IMG/VR virus record: IMGVR_UViG_3300032246_002620
Span: 7,654-71,653 of that record
From: a virus
DNA length: 64,000 nucleotides
Strand: one strand, 5' to 3'
Both the position numbers and the translations under genes were made by a program. This document shows, piece by piece, positions 39,436 through 47,125 of the stretch. Numbering within the stretch: position 1 is the first letter of the stretch; every line of letters begins with the position of its first letter. The notes beneath the pieces were generated by a model. That model saw only the letters and a list, made by a program, of their open reading frames with translations. It was not told where the DNA came from and made no database searches.

Positions 39436-40131
39436 TCACTTGATGGACCAGGAGCGGCGCTTGACCAGTTGCGCGCCAGGGATGGTGGCGCCCTCCTTGA
39501 TGGCGGCCTTGATGGCCGTCTTGTCGGGCTCGACCTTGGGTTCGGCTAACTGGTAGGTGTCAGGACGGCAGCCATCGAGCATGTCCTCGAGGACCTCGCG
39601 CAGCAGCTGCTCGATGGCGCAAGCTTTGGTGCTGCCGTGGCCCGAGAGCTTGAGCTTGAGTTCAACGCGTGTGAACTCTTCGGGCATGTCGGGAGCGTCG
39701 AGGCTGGTGTCGACTTCGACGGCTTCGCTGACGCGTGAGCTGATCGTGAACTCGGGCAGTTCGAACTTCGTCTGCCCGGGATGAAGGGCTTGCAGGCAGC
39801 GCAGGAGGTAGTCCTCCAGGCGCTGGGCGGCGCGTTCCTCCGCCTCGGCTTTGGCGATGCGTTCGGCTGCGCCTTTGCGGAGGAACTCGGCCTTGCCGAG
39901 CAGCATCTCGCGGATCTGGCAGATGCCGTTGGCCTTGCGCAGCAGCATGCGCTGGCTGTCATTGGCTCGCTCGAGCAAGCCGGTGATGAGGGCCTCGGCC
40001 TCGGCTTGTTCCTCGGGATCTTCGGAGCCGGCCTTGGCCAGGGCGACGGCCAGTTCGCCGTCGATCTCCTGGGAGTCCAGGGCGATCTGGTACAGGGAAG
40101 GGGTCTGAGGCTTAGAGGGAGCGATGGTCAT
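39436..40131 (-). CDS. Siphovirus Gp157 family protein
   Basis: SLYQIA...coiled coil...RLEDYL...SEAVEV...PDKTAIKAAIKEGATIPGAQLV. Confidence 0.88.
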   Translation of the reverse strand: MTIAPSKPQTPSLYQIALDSQEIDGELAVALAKAGSEDPEEQAEAEALITGLLERANDSQRMLLRKANGICQIREMLLGKAEFLRKGAAERIAKAEAEERAAQRLEDYLLRCLQALHPGQTKFELPEFTISSRVSEAVEVDTSLDAPDMPEEFTRVELKLKLSGHGSTKACAIEQLLREVLEDMLDGCRPDTYQLAEPKVEPDKTAIKAAIKEGATIPGAQLVKRRSWSIK

Positions 40132-40398
40132 GGAGTGTTTGGTCGATTTGCTGGGCTCGCTGCTGAAACGAGCGGTGGACTTCGCGGATGGCAGCGACGG
40201 ACTCGGCTGTCTGGCTGCCGTCGCCGGCGTCGAAGCTGGCCTTGGCTTGACGAAGCAAGATGGCAGCCCAGTCGCGCAGGCGATGGACGTGTAGCACGGC
40301 AGCAAGGTGGTGGTTTGCCATGGCGGTCACTGTTGTCACAAAGAAGCCCCGGCATGCAGGACGCACGCCGAGGCTGTGATTGTGGCAGGGCCTGATGA

Positions 40399-40806
40399 TC
40401 AGGCTTCAGCGGTGACGGCGGCGTCAACGAGGATCGAGGGATCGATCCCCTTGGCGAACTGGGCTGCCTGCTGGGCGGCAAGCTTGCTCTGCCGCATGGC
40501 CTTGACGTACTCGGCCTTGGCGGCGACCTGCTCGGCCGTCAGGACGTAGGACTGGCCGTCGGCCCCGGCAATTCGTTTGCCGTGGTAGGTGGTGCCGTTG
40601 AGAACGGCAGTGGAGGTGGTGTCGTCCTCGCCGAGGATTTCAAGGGCGTGCTCGCTCTTGAAGCCGGCGCGAAGGGCCGTTTCGCGGGCTGCGAAGCCCG
40701 CCTGGTTGCGGTCGGTGATGAAGGCGAGCTCGACGTCGGTCCAGTTGACGCCACTGGCGTTTGCGTTGAAGCGGAGCTCGATGGGGCCGAGGGTGATGCA
40801 GGGCAT
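40399..40806 (-). CDS. Hypothetical protein
   Basis: ATG 40806 downstream of element copy 3; strong codon bias. Confidence 0.7.
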   Translation of the reverse strand: MPCITLGPIELRFNANASGVNWTDVELAFITDRNQAGFAARETALRAGFKSEHALEILGEDDTTSTAVLNGTTYHGKRIAGADGQSYVLTAEQVAAKAEYVKAMRQSKLAAQQAAQFAKGIDPSILVDAAVTAEA

Positions 40807-40827
40807 GGTGGTTTCCAACAGAGAAAT

Positions 40828-40865
40828 GGGCCACTCAACAGACATGTGTACTGCTGAGTGGACCC
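40828..40865 (-). promoter_or_regulatory. Early element copy 3
   Basis: Core at 40845-40860 with one mismatch; CCACTCAGCAG pairs with CTGTTGAGTGG. Confidence 0.8.
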
Positions 40866-40905
40866 ACAAAACCCACCTAGAATCGATCAATCCGAGGCAA
40901 CGGCA

Positions 40906-41415
40906 ATGTGGGATTGGGTTCAGAGCGCTCCCGGCAACCTGGATTCCTGGGTTGCCTCCCAGGCAGCAAAGCGTGCCAGCAGCAATAAGGCCGCTGGCAT
41001 TGAGCGAAACGCGAGGTTCGTGGAGGGAGCGCAGACTGAAGGCGACAGGAAGAAGGTGATCGAGCGGATCACGCGTGGCATGTCTCCAGGGGCAGGACAA
41101 GCCGTTCCCGGAGCGGGGATGGAGAGTCAGATCGAAGCGCTGCTGCAGAGCAAGAGAGGCCGGCAGCAGGTCGCAAAGGACTACTCCGGGACCATGCGCC
41201 GCGGACCAGGTGAGTTCACCGGCCGCGGGTTGATGGAGATGGTCAACGAGGGGATCGCGGAGAACGCGTACGTCCGCCGCGGCGTGCTGCCGACGGCGGT
41301 GGTTGGCGGTGGTGCGCTGATGACAGCTGGTGCTCAGCAGTTGCTGGCACTGATGGGATTCATGCAGGAAGGGTCACAGACAGGCGAGAGGAAAGAGAAC
41401 AGCCCGCTCTCCTGA
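40906..41415 (+). CDS. Putative virion protein in antisense island
   Basis: CCTAGAAT at 40876; C-terminal Gly-rich hydrophobic helix. Confidence 0.7.
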   Translation: MWDWVQSAPGNLDSWVASQAAKRASSNKAAGIERNARFVEGAQTEGDRKKVIERITRGMSPGAGQAVPGAGMESQIEALLQSKRGRQQVAKDYSGTMRRGPGEFTGRGLMEMVNEGIAENAYVRRGVLPTAVVGGGALMTAGAQQLLALMGFMQEGSQTGERKENSPLS

Positions 41416-41416
41416 T

Positions 41417-41638
41417 GTGGACAGGTTTGCGGGCGACCAGATCGAGCTAGCGGAGCTGATCGAAGCAGCTCTGTGGCAGGAAGCCCTGATGAGTGGGCTT
41501 GCGCTGCCGGAGATGGGCTGGGGCGCCGAGAGCGAGCGCGTCAGGGAACTGATGCGCGCCCGCGCTGACCGGGTGGCCGACATCCAAGAGGAAGCGGTCC
41601 CCCGGCCATTGGGCATGGCCGATCCGGTGTTCAGCTGA
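41417..41638 (+). CDS. RFAG-tagged small protein
   Basis: MDRFAGDQIEL. Confidence 0.65.
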   Translation: MDRFAGDQIELAELIEAALWQEALMSGLALPEMGWGAESERVRELMRARADRVADIQEEAVPRPLGMADPVFS

Positions 41639-42727
41639 TCGGCGGCAGGGGTAAGATCTGCCGCCAGGACGAGACGTTAAGGCCGGCGTCACGTTGCAGC
41701 ACGGCGTGCCAGGCAGTGCCGTCGTCGGCAATGGCGTCAATGATGTGGCCGCCAGAAGGGCCGATCGCCCGAGTGATCGACACGAACCGCCGGGGCGTCG
41801 GAAGGTCAGGAGTGTTGGAGTCAGTGTTCATCGGGCGAGATAGATGGGAAGGTTGAGACCGCTCTCGCGGCAGTCGCAGGCCCAGATCCAGAGCAGGCGA
41901 CGCAGGTTCGCCTGGTGATCGCAGAGCTCGGAGGGCTCCCAGGCCCCGGTGCTGCGGAGTTGCTCGCGCAGCAGCCAGGGTGGGGCCTCGAGCTGAAGGC
42001 GTTTGACCCAGTGGTCAACAGCCTCGCCGGCGTCGACCCCTGGGGCTGAGCAGTCTTTGATGCAGTCAGCCGGCAGGTCACGAATGGCCGTGCGGCCATT
42101 GAACCAACCGGACCAGAGGGGGTCATTCGGCATGAGTCAACTCGCAGTGGGCGATGGGGTATTGCCGCTGGGACGGCAGGTCATTCAGGTGGCCGGCATA
42201 CGCCTCCTCGAGGGAGGAGCGGGTGCAGCCCGGGCCGACAGCCAGGGCAGAGCAGAGGCCGTGAGCAGATGAATCAAGGGCCTGGTTCTGGAACAAGACC
42301 AGGTGCGTGGCGCCCGGGTAGCTGGCGACACGCTTGAGGCTGTCGTGCACTTCGGGGTGGAAGTGAGACGCCAGCTCCTCGAAAGAGATCTGTTTCACGC
42401 GATTGAGGCGAAGTACAAGGAATTGCGCTCGTCAACGGTCGGGCTCTCGGCCGAGCCGTTGGGGTCCTCAAGACAGGAATCGAGGATTGGCTTGCTGCAG
42501 TGGCTGCAGCTGATGTCGCTATCGCCCCAGTCGACGGAGACGTCGATGAGGCACCAGCCGTCAGAGCCGGTGGTGGTGCCGATCCACTTGCGCTCCGCCC
42601 GGCAGCAGTCGGGGCAAAGCGCCTGGCCGTCATTGGTGACGCCGTAGCGGGGGTAAAGCCCCGGCCAGGTCAGCGGGTTGGCGGCGATGTCGTCCGCCAG
42701 GCGAAGGGAAAGGGACTGAGTGGTCAT
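41631..42727 (-). CDS. Four small early genes (41631-41831, 41828-42133, 42123-42398, 42395-42727)
   Basis: Coupled ORFs; 42395 has a WPGLYP...LCPDC...CSHC Zn motif. Confidence 0.65.
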
Positions 42728-43407
42728 GCCTTGGCTTCGTCCAGGACGGACTGGAGGTAAGCGCGTGCGTCCTCGTTGCTGTCCCAGAAATGGGCGTAAG
42801 CTTCCGGCCCAAGGAGTAGGAGCGCAGCTATTGAAGCGCCAAGGGTCCGCTCCAGGAGGGCACCGAGTGGTCCCGCCTGGTGGATAGCCCAGCCGCCAAG
42901 GCAGTGGGTCGTCTCACAGGTGTGCCACGACTGCATTTCGAGTGCGCCGGGCTTAGCCGTTGCAGCTGCCGCTGCGGCGATTAGCCGCTCAGCGGAGTCA
43001 GCGACGAAAGGGAGCCCGCTGACGTCGCTCAGGTCGACGCCAGCCAGGTCGGCGCCGCGCAGGTTGGCGAAGACCAGGCTGGCGCCGCGTAGGTCGGCGC
43101 CGCTCAGGTCGGCGCCAGTCAGGTTGGCGTCGCGCAGGTCGGCGTCGCTCAGGTTGGCGTCAGTCAGGTTGGCGCCGCGCAGGTTGGCGAAGACCAGGTT
43201 GGCGCCGCGCAGGTCGGCGCCGCTCAGGTCGGCGCCAGTCAGGTTGGCGCTGCTCAGGCCGGCGCCAGTCAGGTCGGCGCAGCTCAGGTCGGCGCCGCGC
43301 AGGTTGGCGCCGCGCAGGTCGGCGCCGCGCAGGTTGGCGCGCTGCCCGGTGGCGAAATCAGCCAGCCACTGGGCGTGGGCGGCAAGAGTGGGTTTGAGGT
43401 CGATCAT
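42724..43407 (-). CDS. Pentapeptide repeat protein with C-terminal WHTCETTHC domain
   Basis: About 20 A(D/N)LxG-type repeats. Confidence 0.95.
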   Translation of the reverse strand: MIDLKPTLAAHAQWLADFATGQRANLRGADLRGANLRGADLSCADLTGAGLSSANLTGADLSGADLRGANLVFANLRGANLTDANLSDADLRDANLTGADLSGADLRGASLVFANLRGADLAGVDLSDVSGLPFVADSAERLIAAAAAATAKPGALEMQSWHTCETTHCLGGWAIHQAGPLGALLERTLGASIAALLLLGPEAYAHFWDSNEDARAYLQSVLDEAKA

Positions 43408-43634
43408 GGGAGTGCGGTGGGTTCGTTCATCAGCTCGCGCATGGCGCGCTCGCCGTCGTCGGCGATGGCCGCCAAGACGGCCAGCTGAGAGGGCCTATAC
43501 CCCTCCTCTGGGGAGAGGACGACCCGAGCGCCCGGGTGGGAACGCTCGACGGCGCGTGCGATGCGCCTGAGGTGGCGAGCGTTGCCCATGGCGGGGCCAT
43601 AGGCGATGCGCCCGAGAAAAATCTCGAGGATCAT
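43404..43634 (-). CDS. Hypothetical protein
   Basis: Coupled to pentapeptide repeat gene. Confidence 0.55.
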   Translation of the reverse strand: MILEIFLGRIAYGPAMGNARHLRRIARAVERSHPGARVVLSPEEGYRPSQLAVLAAIADDGERAMRELMNEPTALP

Positions 43635-43687
43635 GGTGAGAGATGGGGTAGAGAGGGGTAGGCTGCCTGACCGCTGGAGCAGTCAGG

Positions 43688-43948
43688 ATGGAATGCCCGA
43701 AGTGCGGCGGGGTCGCCGAAGTGGTGACCAGTCGCCCAGCCGTCTTTTCGGAAGGCGGGCGGGTCCGCTGGCGCCGTTGCCGCGGATGCAGCAAGCGCTG
43801 GTACAGCTGGCAGCCGCCGTTGCCGCCAGAGCGGGAGATCCCTGTGCACGCCGTGACTTGGCGCGGCAACGATATCCTGATTGACCAGGCCCAGCTGCGC
43901 AGCTGGCTGGCGGCGAAAGTCAGCGGCACGGGGGCCGCAAAAGGCTGA
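43688..43948 (+). CDS. NrdR-like Zn-ribbon protein
   Basis: MECPKCGG..EVVTSRP....RVRWRRCRGCSKRWYS. Confidence 0.7.
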   Translation: MECPKCGGVAEVVTSRPAVFSEGGRVRWRRCRGCSKRWYSWQPPLPPEREIPVHAVTWRGNDILIDQAQLRSWLAAKVSGTGAAKG

Positions 43949-44653
43949 CGTTGGCGCAACCTGGGATGGGGATCCCCGCCTGCGCCTCCAGGCGGAAGGC
44001 CTGGTAGTCAGCGGCAGCGCCGGCCGCCATAGCTGCGGCGACGACGGCGCTGATGACGATGCAGAAAGCTTTCATGGCGATGGGGGAGGGATGAAAGCTC
44101 TCGCCCGGGCGGGCCAGGCAAGAGCGGATCCCCGATTCACGCCGCCATCAAGGTAGAGGCGGCGGACGGGGAGGTTTGCAGGGCGTCAGCCAGGGCTGAC
44201 TTGAAGAGGGGAAATGCGAAGGACATAGGCGTCACCGGTGGCGGCGCACATGTCGCTCCAGAGGCGGGTCATGTCGGCCAGGTCCCAGCGACACGAGGTC
44301 GGCGGGACCGAGACGGTCTGGCCTTGGTGGGAATAGAAGAACTGCCCGCGCTGGTCGGCGAGCAGTTGGCCGCTGGGGGCAGTGATGGTGATCACATTGA
44401 TAGCCGGACGGAGTCCGGGGGGAGGGTAGCAGAGGTTGTCAGCCTTGGCGGTCGGGCGTCGTCGGCGGCCTCTTCCCGGCGGTTGAGTTCCGCCAGGACG
44501 GGGAGCAGCCGCTCGAAGGCGGCGTTGTCGGCGGCGTGGTCGCCGCGGGCTGCGGCTTTACGGCAGTCGTCTGCCAGCCGGTTGGCCAGGGCTTGGAGCC
44601 CTGGCACGGTCATGTCGAGGAGGCCCATCAGGAGACGAGAGGGAAGGTGGACC

Positions 44654-44675
44654 GGGGGTGCCAGATGTGGCACTA
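44654..44675. repeat. 22-bp palindromic element, exact copy of 46185-46206
   Basis: GGGGGTGCCAGATGTGGCACTA. Confidence 0.85.
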
Positions 44676-44690
44676 CCCCGGTGGGAAAGA

Positions 44691-45005
44691 TCAGGCGGCT
44701 CGGAGCGGCGTTGGGGCCGTGGCCTCCAGGCGCTGCTCGAACTCCGCCTCGCGGCGGAGGGCGGCGATCTGGTGGCGGTTGCGCCAAGCAAGCTCGGTGC
44801 AGTAACCGATGGCGTCCAGATGTTGGACGTCTAGCGGTTGCTTGTCCTGGAGAAGTTCCAGGGCGAGGAGAAGTTCCTCGCGGGCGTCCTCGACCTTGCG
44901 GTCGACGGAGCCTGCAAGAAGGTTGCCGTGACGCCCGAGATGGCAGTCACGGCGTGCCAGCAGGCGGAGCTGCTGGGAGATGTCGTACAGGAGCTTTTCG
45001 CTCAT
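44691..45005 (-). CDS. Early cassette gene
   Basis: ATG 45005 downstream of element copy 4. Confidence 0.7.
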   Translation of the reverse strand: MSEKLLYDISQQLRLLARRDCHLGRHGNLLAGSVDRKVEDAREELLLALELLQDKQPLDVQHLDAIGYCTELAWRNRHQIAALRREAEFEQRLEATAPTPLRAA

Positions 45006-45042
45006 GCCGGAGAGGCCCGGCTTTTACCGGGACGAGAGGACA

Positions 45043-45082
45043 GGCGCCCGCTCCACAGGCATGTGCACTGCTGAGTGGGGCC
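45043..45082 (-). promoter_or_regulatory. Early element copy 4
   Basis: Exact core at 45062-45077. Confidence 0.8.
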
Positions 45083-45085
45083 AAC

Positions 45086-45126
45086 AAAAAAGCCCCCGAA
45101 CCCCGCTGGAGAGCGGAGTCGGGGGC
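45086..45126 (-). terminator. Rho-independent terminator
   Basis: GCCCCCGA/TCGGGGGC stem plus T6 on minus strand. Confidence 0.8.
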
Positions 45127-45155
45127 GTAGGGGATGGGAGCTAGGGTCAAGCGGC

Positions 45156-45371
45156 TTAGTAGCCGCTGAGCCCCAGCAACCTGGCCAGCTTGTACGGCCA
45201 GCCGGAGTCCTCCGGCTCGTAGCCGAAGAGTCGCTCGTGAAAGCGACCGATCGCGTAACGAACCGGGCAGAGCGGCCCCCTGCCGCCCCACCAGAGCCAG
45301 CCGAGGTAACCTCGGATGTTGAGTTGCGAGATGGGGGACATCTCGGTCCTGTAGAGATTGATCCAAAGCAT
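45156..45371 (-). CDS. Early cassette gene (Trp/Gly-rich)
   Basis: ATG 45371, MLWINLYRTE. Confidence 0.6.
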   Translation of the reverse strand: MLWINLYRTEMSPISQLNIRGYLGWLWWGGRGPLCPVRYAIGRFHERLFGYEPEDSGWPYKLARLLGLSGY

Positions 45372-45407
45372 GTCGATGCTCGGCTTTTGCCGGGGAGAGA
45401 GGGGACG

Positions 45408-45446
45408 TGAGCCCAGGCAGAGAGTTTGCACCGTTGAGTGGGCTCA
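45408..45446 (-). promoter_or_regulatory. Early element copy 5 (diverged)
   Basis: TTTGCACCGTTGAGTG at 45425-45440, enclosed by TGAGCCCA/TGGGCTCA. Confidence 0.65.
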
Positions 45447-45450
45447 GTAG

Positions 45451-45489
45451 AAAAGCCCCCGCACTCCGCCGAGTGGCGGAGCCGGGGGC
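45451..45489 (-). terminator. Rho-independent terminator
   Basis: GCCCCCG...CGGGGGC plus TTTT on minus strand. Confidence 0.8.
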
Positions 45490-45496
45490 GTGTGCC

Positions 45497-46063
45497 TCAG
45501 AAGGCGACTTGCGCCAGCTGGGGCTGGGCAGGCGCTGCGGCAGCGGGTGCTGCAGCAGGGGCGGCTTTGGCGGGCACGGGCGGCAGCTCCGGGGGAGTGC
45601 CGGCGCCGCGGCCGATAGGGTTGAAGCCTCGTACGACCCAGTCGCTGTTGCGAGCGTTGGGGTCTTGAGTGCTGGACCAGGGCTCTTCGTAGGCCTGGAC
45701 CCGGACGAGGCGGTCTTCAGTGCGCATCAGGTCGATGACCTGCTGGGCGACTTCACCGTAGGCGGTGAAGAATTTCCAGGCGCCGAAGGTGCGGTTCCCG
45801 GAGCGCTTGTCGAGCGAGGCATACTGCGCGGCGAAACGCACAGTGAGCATCCCGCTGCGGGTGTAGCCGATGTTGCCTTTGCCGTCAGGCGTGCGCTCTG
45901 CGAGCGGCTTGCGCTGGATCCAGAGGACCTGATCCAGATGGGCGGCAGCGGTCGGTTGTTGCTGCTCGCCTTGGGCGGCGAGAAGGGCTTCCAGCTCGCT
46001 GATGCGGCTGGTGGCGGCCTCGAGGGCCTCGGCGAGCTGAGCCTTGGTGGTAGCGGTAGCCAT
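45497..46063 (-). CDS. SSB-like OB-fold early protein
   Basis: IGYTRSG.LTVRF...WKFFTAYGEVA...LVRVQA; PA-rich tail ending VAF. Confidence 0.65.
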   Translation of the reverse strand: MATATTKAQLAEALEAATSRISELEALLAAQGEQQQPTAAAHLDQVLWIQRKPLAERTPDGKGNIGYTRSGMLTVRFAAQYASLDKRSGNRTFGAWKFFTAYGEVAQQVIDLMRTEDRLVRVQAYEEPWSSTQDPNARNSDWVVRGFNPIGRGAGTPPELPPVPAKAAPAAAPAAAAPAQPQLAQVAF

Positions 46064-46100
46064 GGGATTACCCGGCTTTCACCGGGGCGAGAAGGTCCCT

Positions 46101-46140
46101 GAGCTGCTCAACAGGCGTGTGCACTGCTGAGTGAGCTCAC
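46101..46140 (-). promoter_or_regulatory. Early element copy 6
   Basis: Exact core at 46118-46133 within hairpin. Confidence 0.8.
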
Positions 46141-46142
46141 TG

Positions 46143-46179
46143 AAAAAGCCCCTGATTCCGCGTGTGCAGAACCAGGGGC
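46143..46179 (-). terminator. Rho-independent terminator
   Basis: GCCCCTG...CAGGGGC plus T5 on minus strand. Confidence 0.7.
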
Positions 46180-46203
46180 AAGATGGGGGTGCCAGATGTG
46201 GCA

Positions 46204-46347
46204 CTAGCGAATGAGAGGCCACATGGGGTTGAAGAAAAGGCTCCAGTCGCCATGGGCCATGGTCAGGCGAATCGCCATTCCTCCGAGAATGCAGGCGCTG
46301 TAGTAGATGCGAGTGTTGTTCTCAACGAAGCGAAGGAAGCTGTTCAT
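46204..46347 (-). CDS. 47-aa first early gene (not in ORF track)
   Basis: MNSFLRFVENNTRIYYSACILGGMAIRLTMAHGDWSLFFNPMWPLIR; sits between element copy 7 and a terminator. Confidence 0.65.
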   Translation of the reverse strand: MNSFLRFVENNTRIYYSACILGGMAIRLTMAHGDWSLFFNPMWPLIR

Positions 46348-46381
46348 GAGCGAAGCCGGCTGTTACCGGGCGAGGTGATGT

Positions 46382-46421
46382 AAGCTGCTCAACAGATGTG
46401 TGCACTGCTGAGTGAGCTCAC
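46382..46421 (-). promoter_or_regulatory. Early element copy 7
   Basis: Exact core at 46399-46414 within hairpin. Confidence 0.8.
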
Positions 46422-46440
46422 GATCATTCCCCCTGCCCCC

Positions 46441-47003
46441 CACGCTGCGTGCGCGTGTGCGAGAGGGAGCGTGTGATCGCGCGTAGCGTATGTGCAGGGG
46501 AGCTATTGAATATGCAGGTAAGAAGCGTTGCAGCGCAGTGGATATGAGGCGTTAGGGGGTTGCGAGGGAGTGTGCGATAGTGTGCAGAGGCGTGTAAGGA
46601 TTGCAGGTGTAGAGCTAATGCGCAAAAGGTGTAGATGTAGCGTGTGAGAGTGCATGAGCAGCGCGTGATGCGTACGCGGCTGTTGCTGCATGAGCGCAGC
46701 GAATGCCGCGCACGCGTAGCGTGAGCCGCTGCTGCATGCGATCGTGAGCAGCTGAAGGCGTAGGTTGCGTGCGCTATAGCGGTTGCGATCGCCGCGGCCT
46801 GCGAGGGCTGCTACTGCACCCCTGTCGCACGCCTCTGCTGGTTGCTGCGCATGCTCGCGACGCTATTGACACGCGTGTGTACCGCTGAATGCACGCAATT
46901 CTTTTTTTTCCTCCAGCCTTCAGGCTGCTGAGGGTGGGTTTAGGTGTATGTGGCGCGGCGCAACAAAAAATTGAAGCCCCTATAGGGCCCTTTTTTGCTT
47001 CAG
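46441..47003. other. Non-coding divergence region with strong strand skew, candidate genome end/pac region
   Basis: Rich in GCGT/TGCA/GTGT, CC-free stretch, then T8, A6 and T6 tracts. Confidence 0.5.
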
Positions 47004-47125
47004 GTCCACGAATCTTGGGGCGAAATTACCCTTGTGCGCGTCCGCCGCGGCCCTGAACACGCTGTAAGCCCCAGGAATCAACGCCGATAGACTGATCTGA
47101 CGGCAATTCGCGGGACAGGCGGGCA

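Noticed and set aside
43030-43340. 15-bp periodic DNA repeats
   Set aside because: Fully explained by pentapeptide-repeat coding
46124-46147. CTGCTGA-GTGAGCTCAC-TGAAA resembling a hammerhead ribozyme core on the plus strand
   Set aside because: The GAAA after stem II appears in only one of seven copies, stems I and III are not evident, and the G-U pairing favours the minus strand
34158-46414. Seven-copy motif as a CRISPR array or integron attC sites
   Set aside because: Spacing is irregular (0.3-4 kb) with whole genes between copies; no cas or integrase gene in the window and no RYYYAAC/GTTRRRY ends
46503-46691. 62-aa His/Leu-rich ORF
   Set aside because: Product of the skewed low-complexity composition; no codon bias like that of real genes
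46866-46895. TTGACA -35 box
   Set aside because: No -10 box at 16-18 nt spacing
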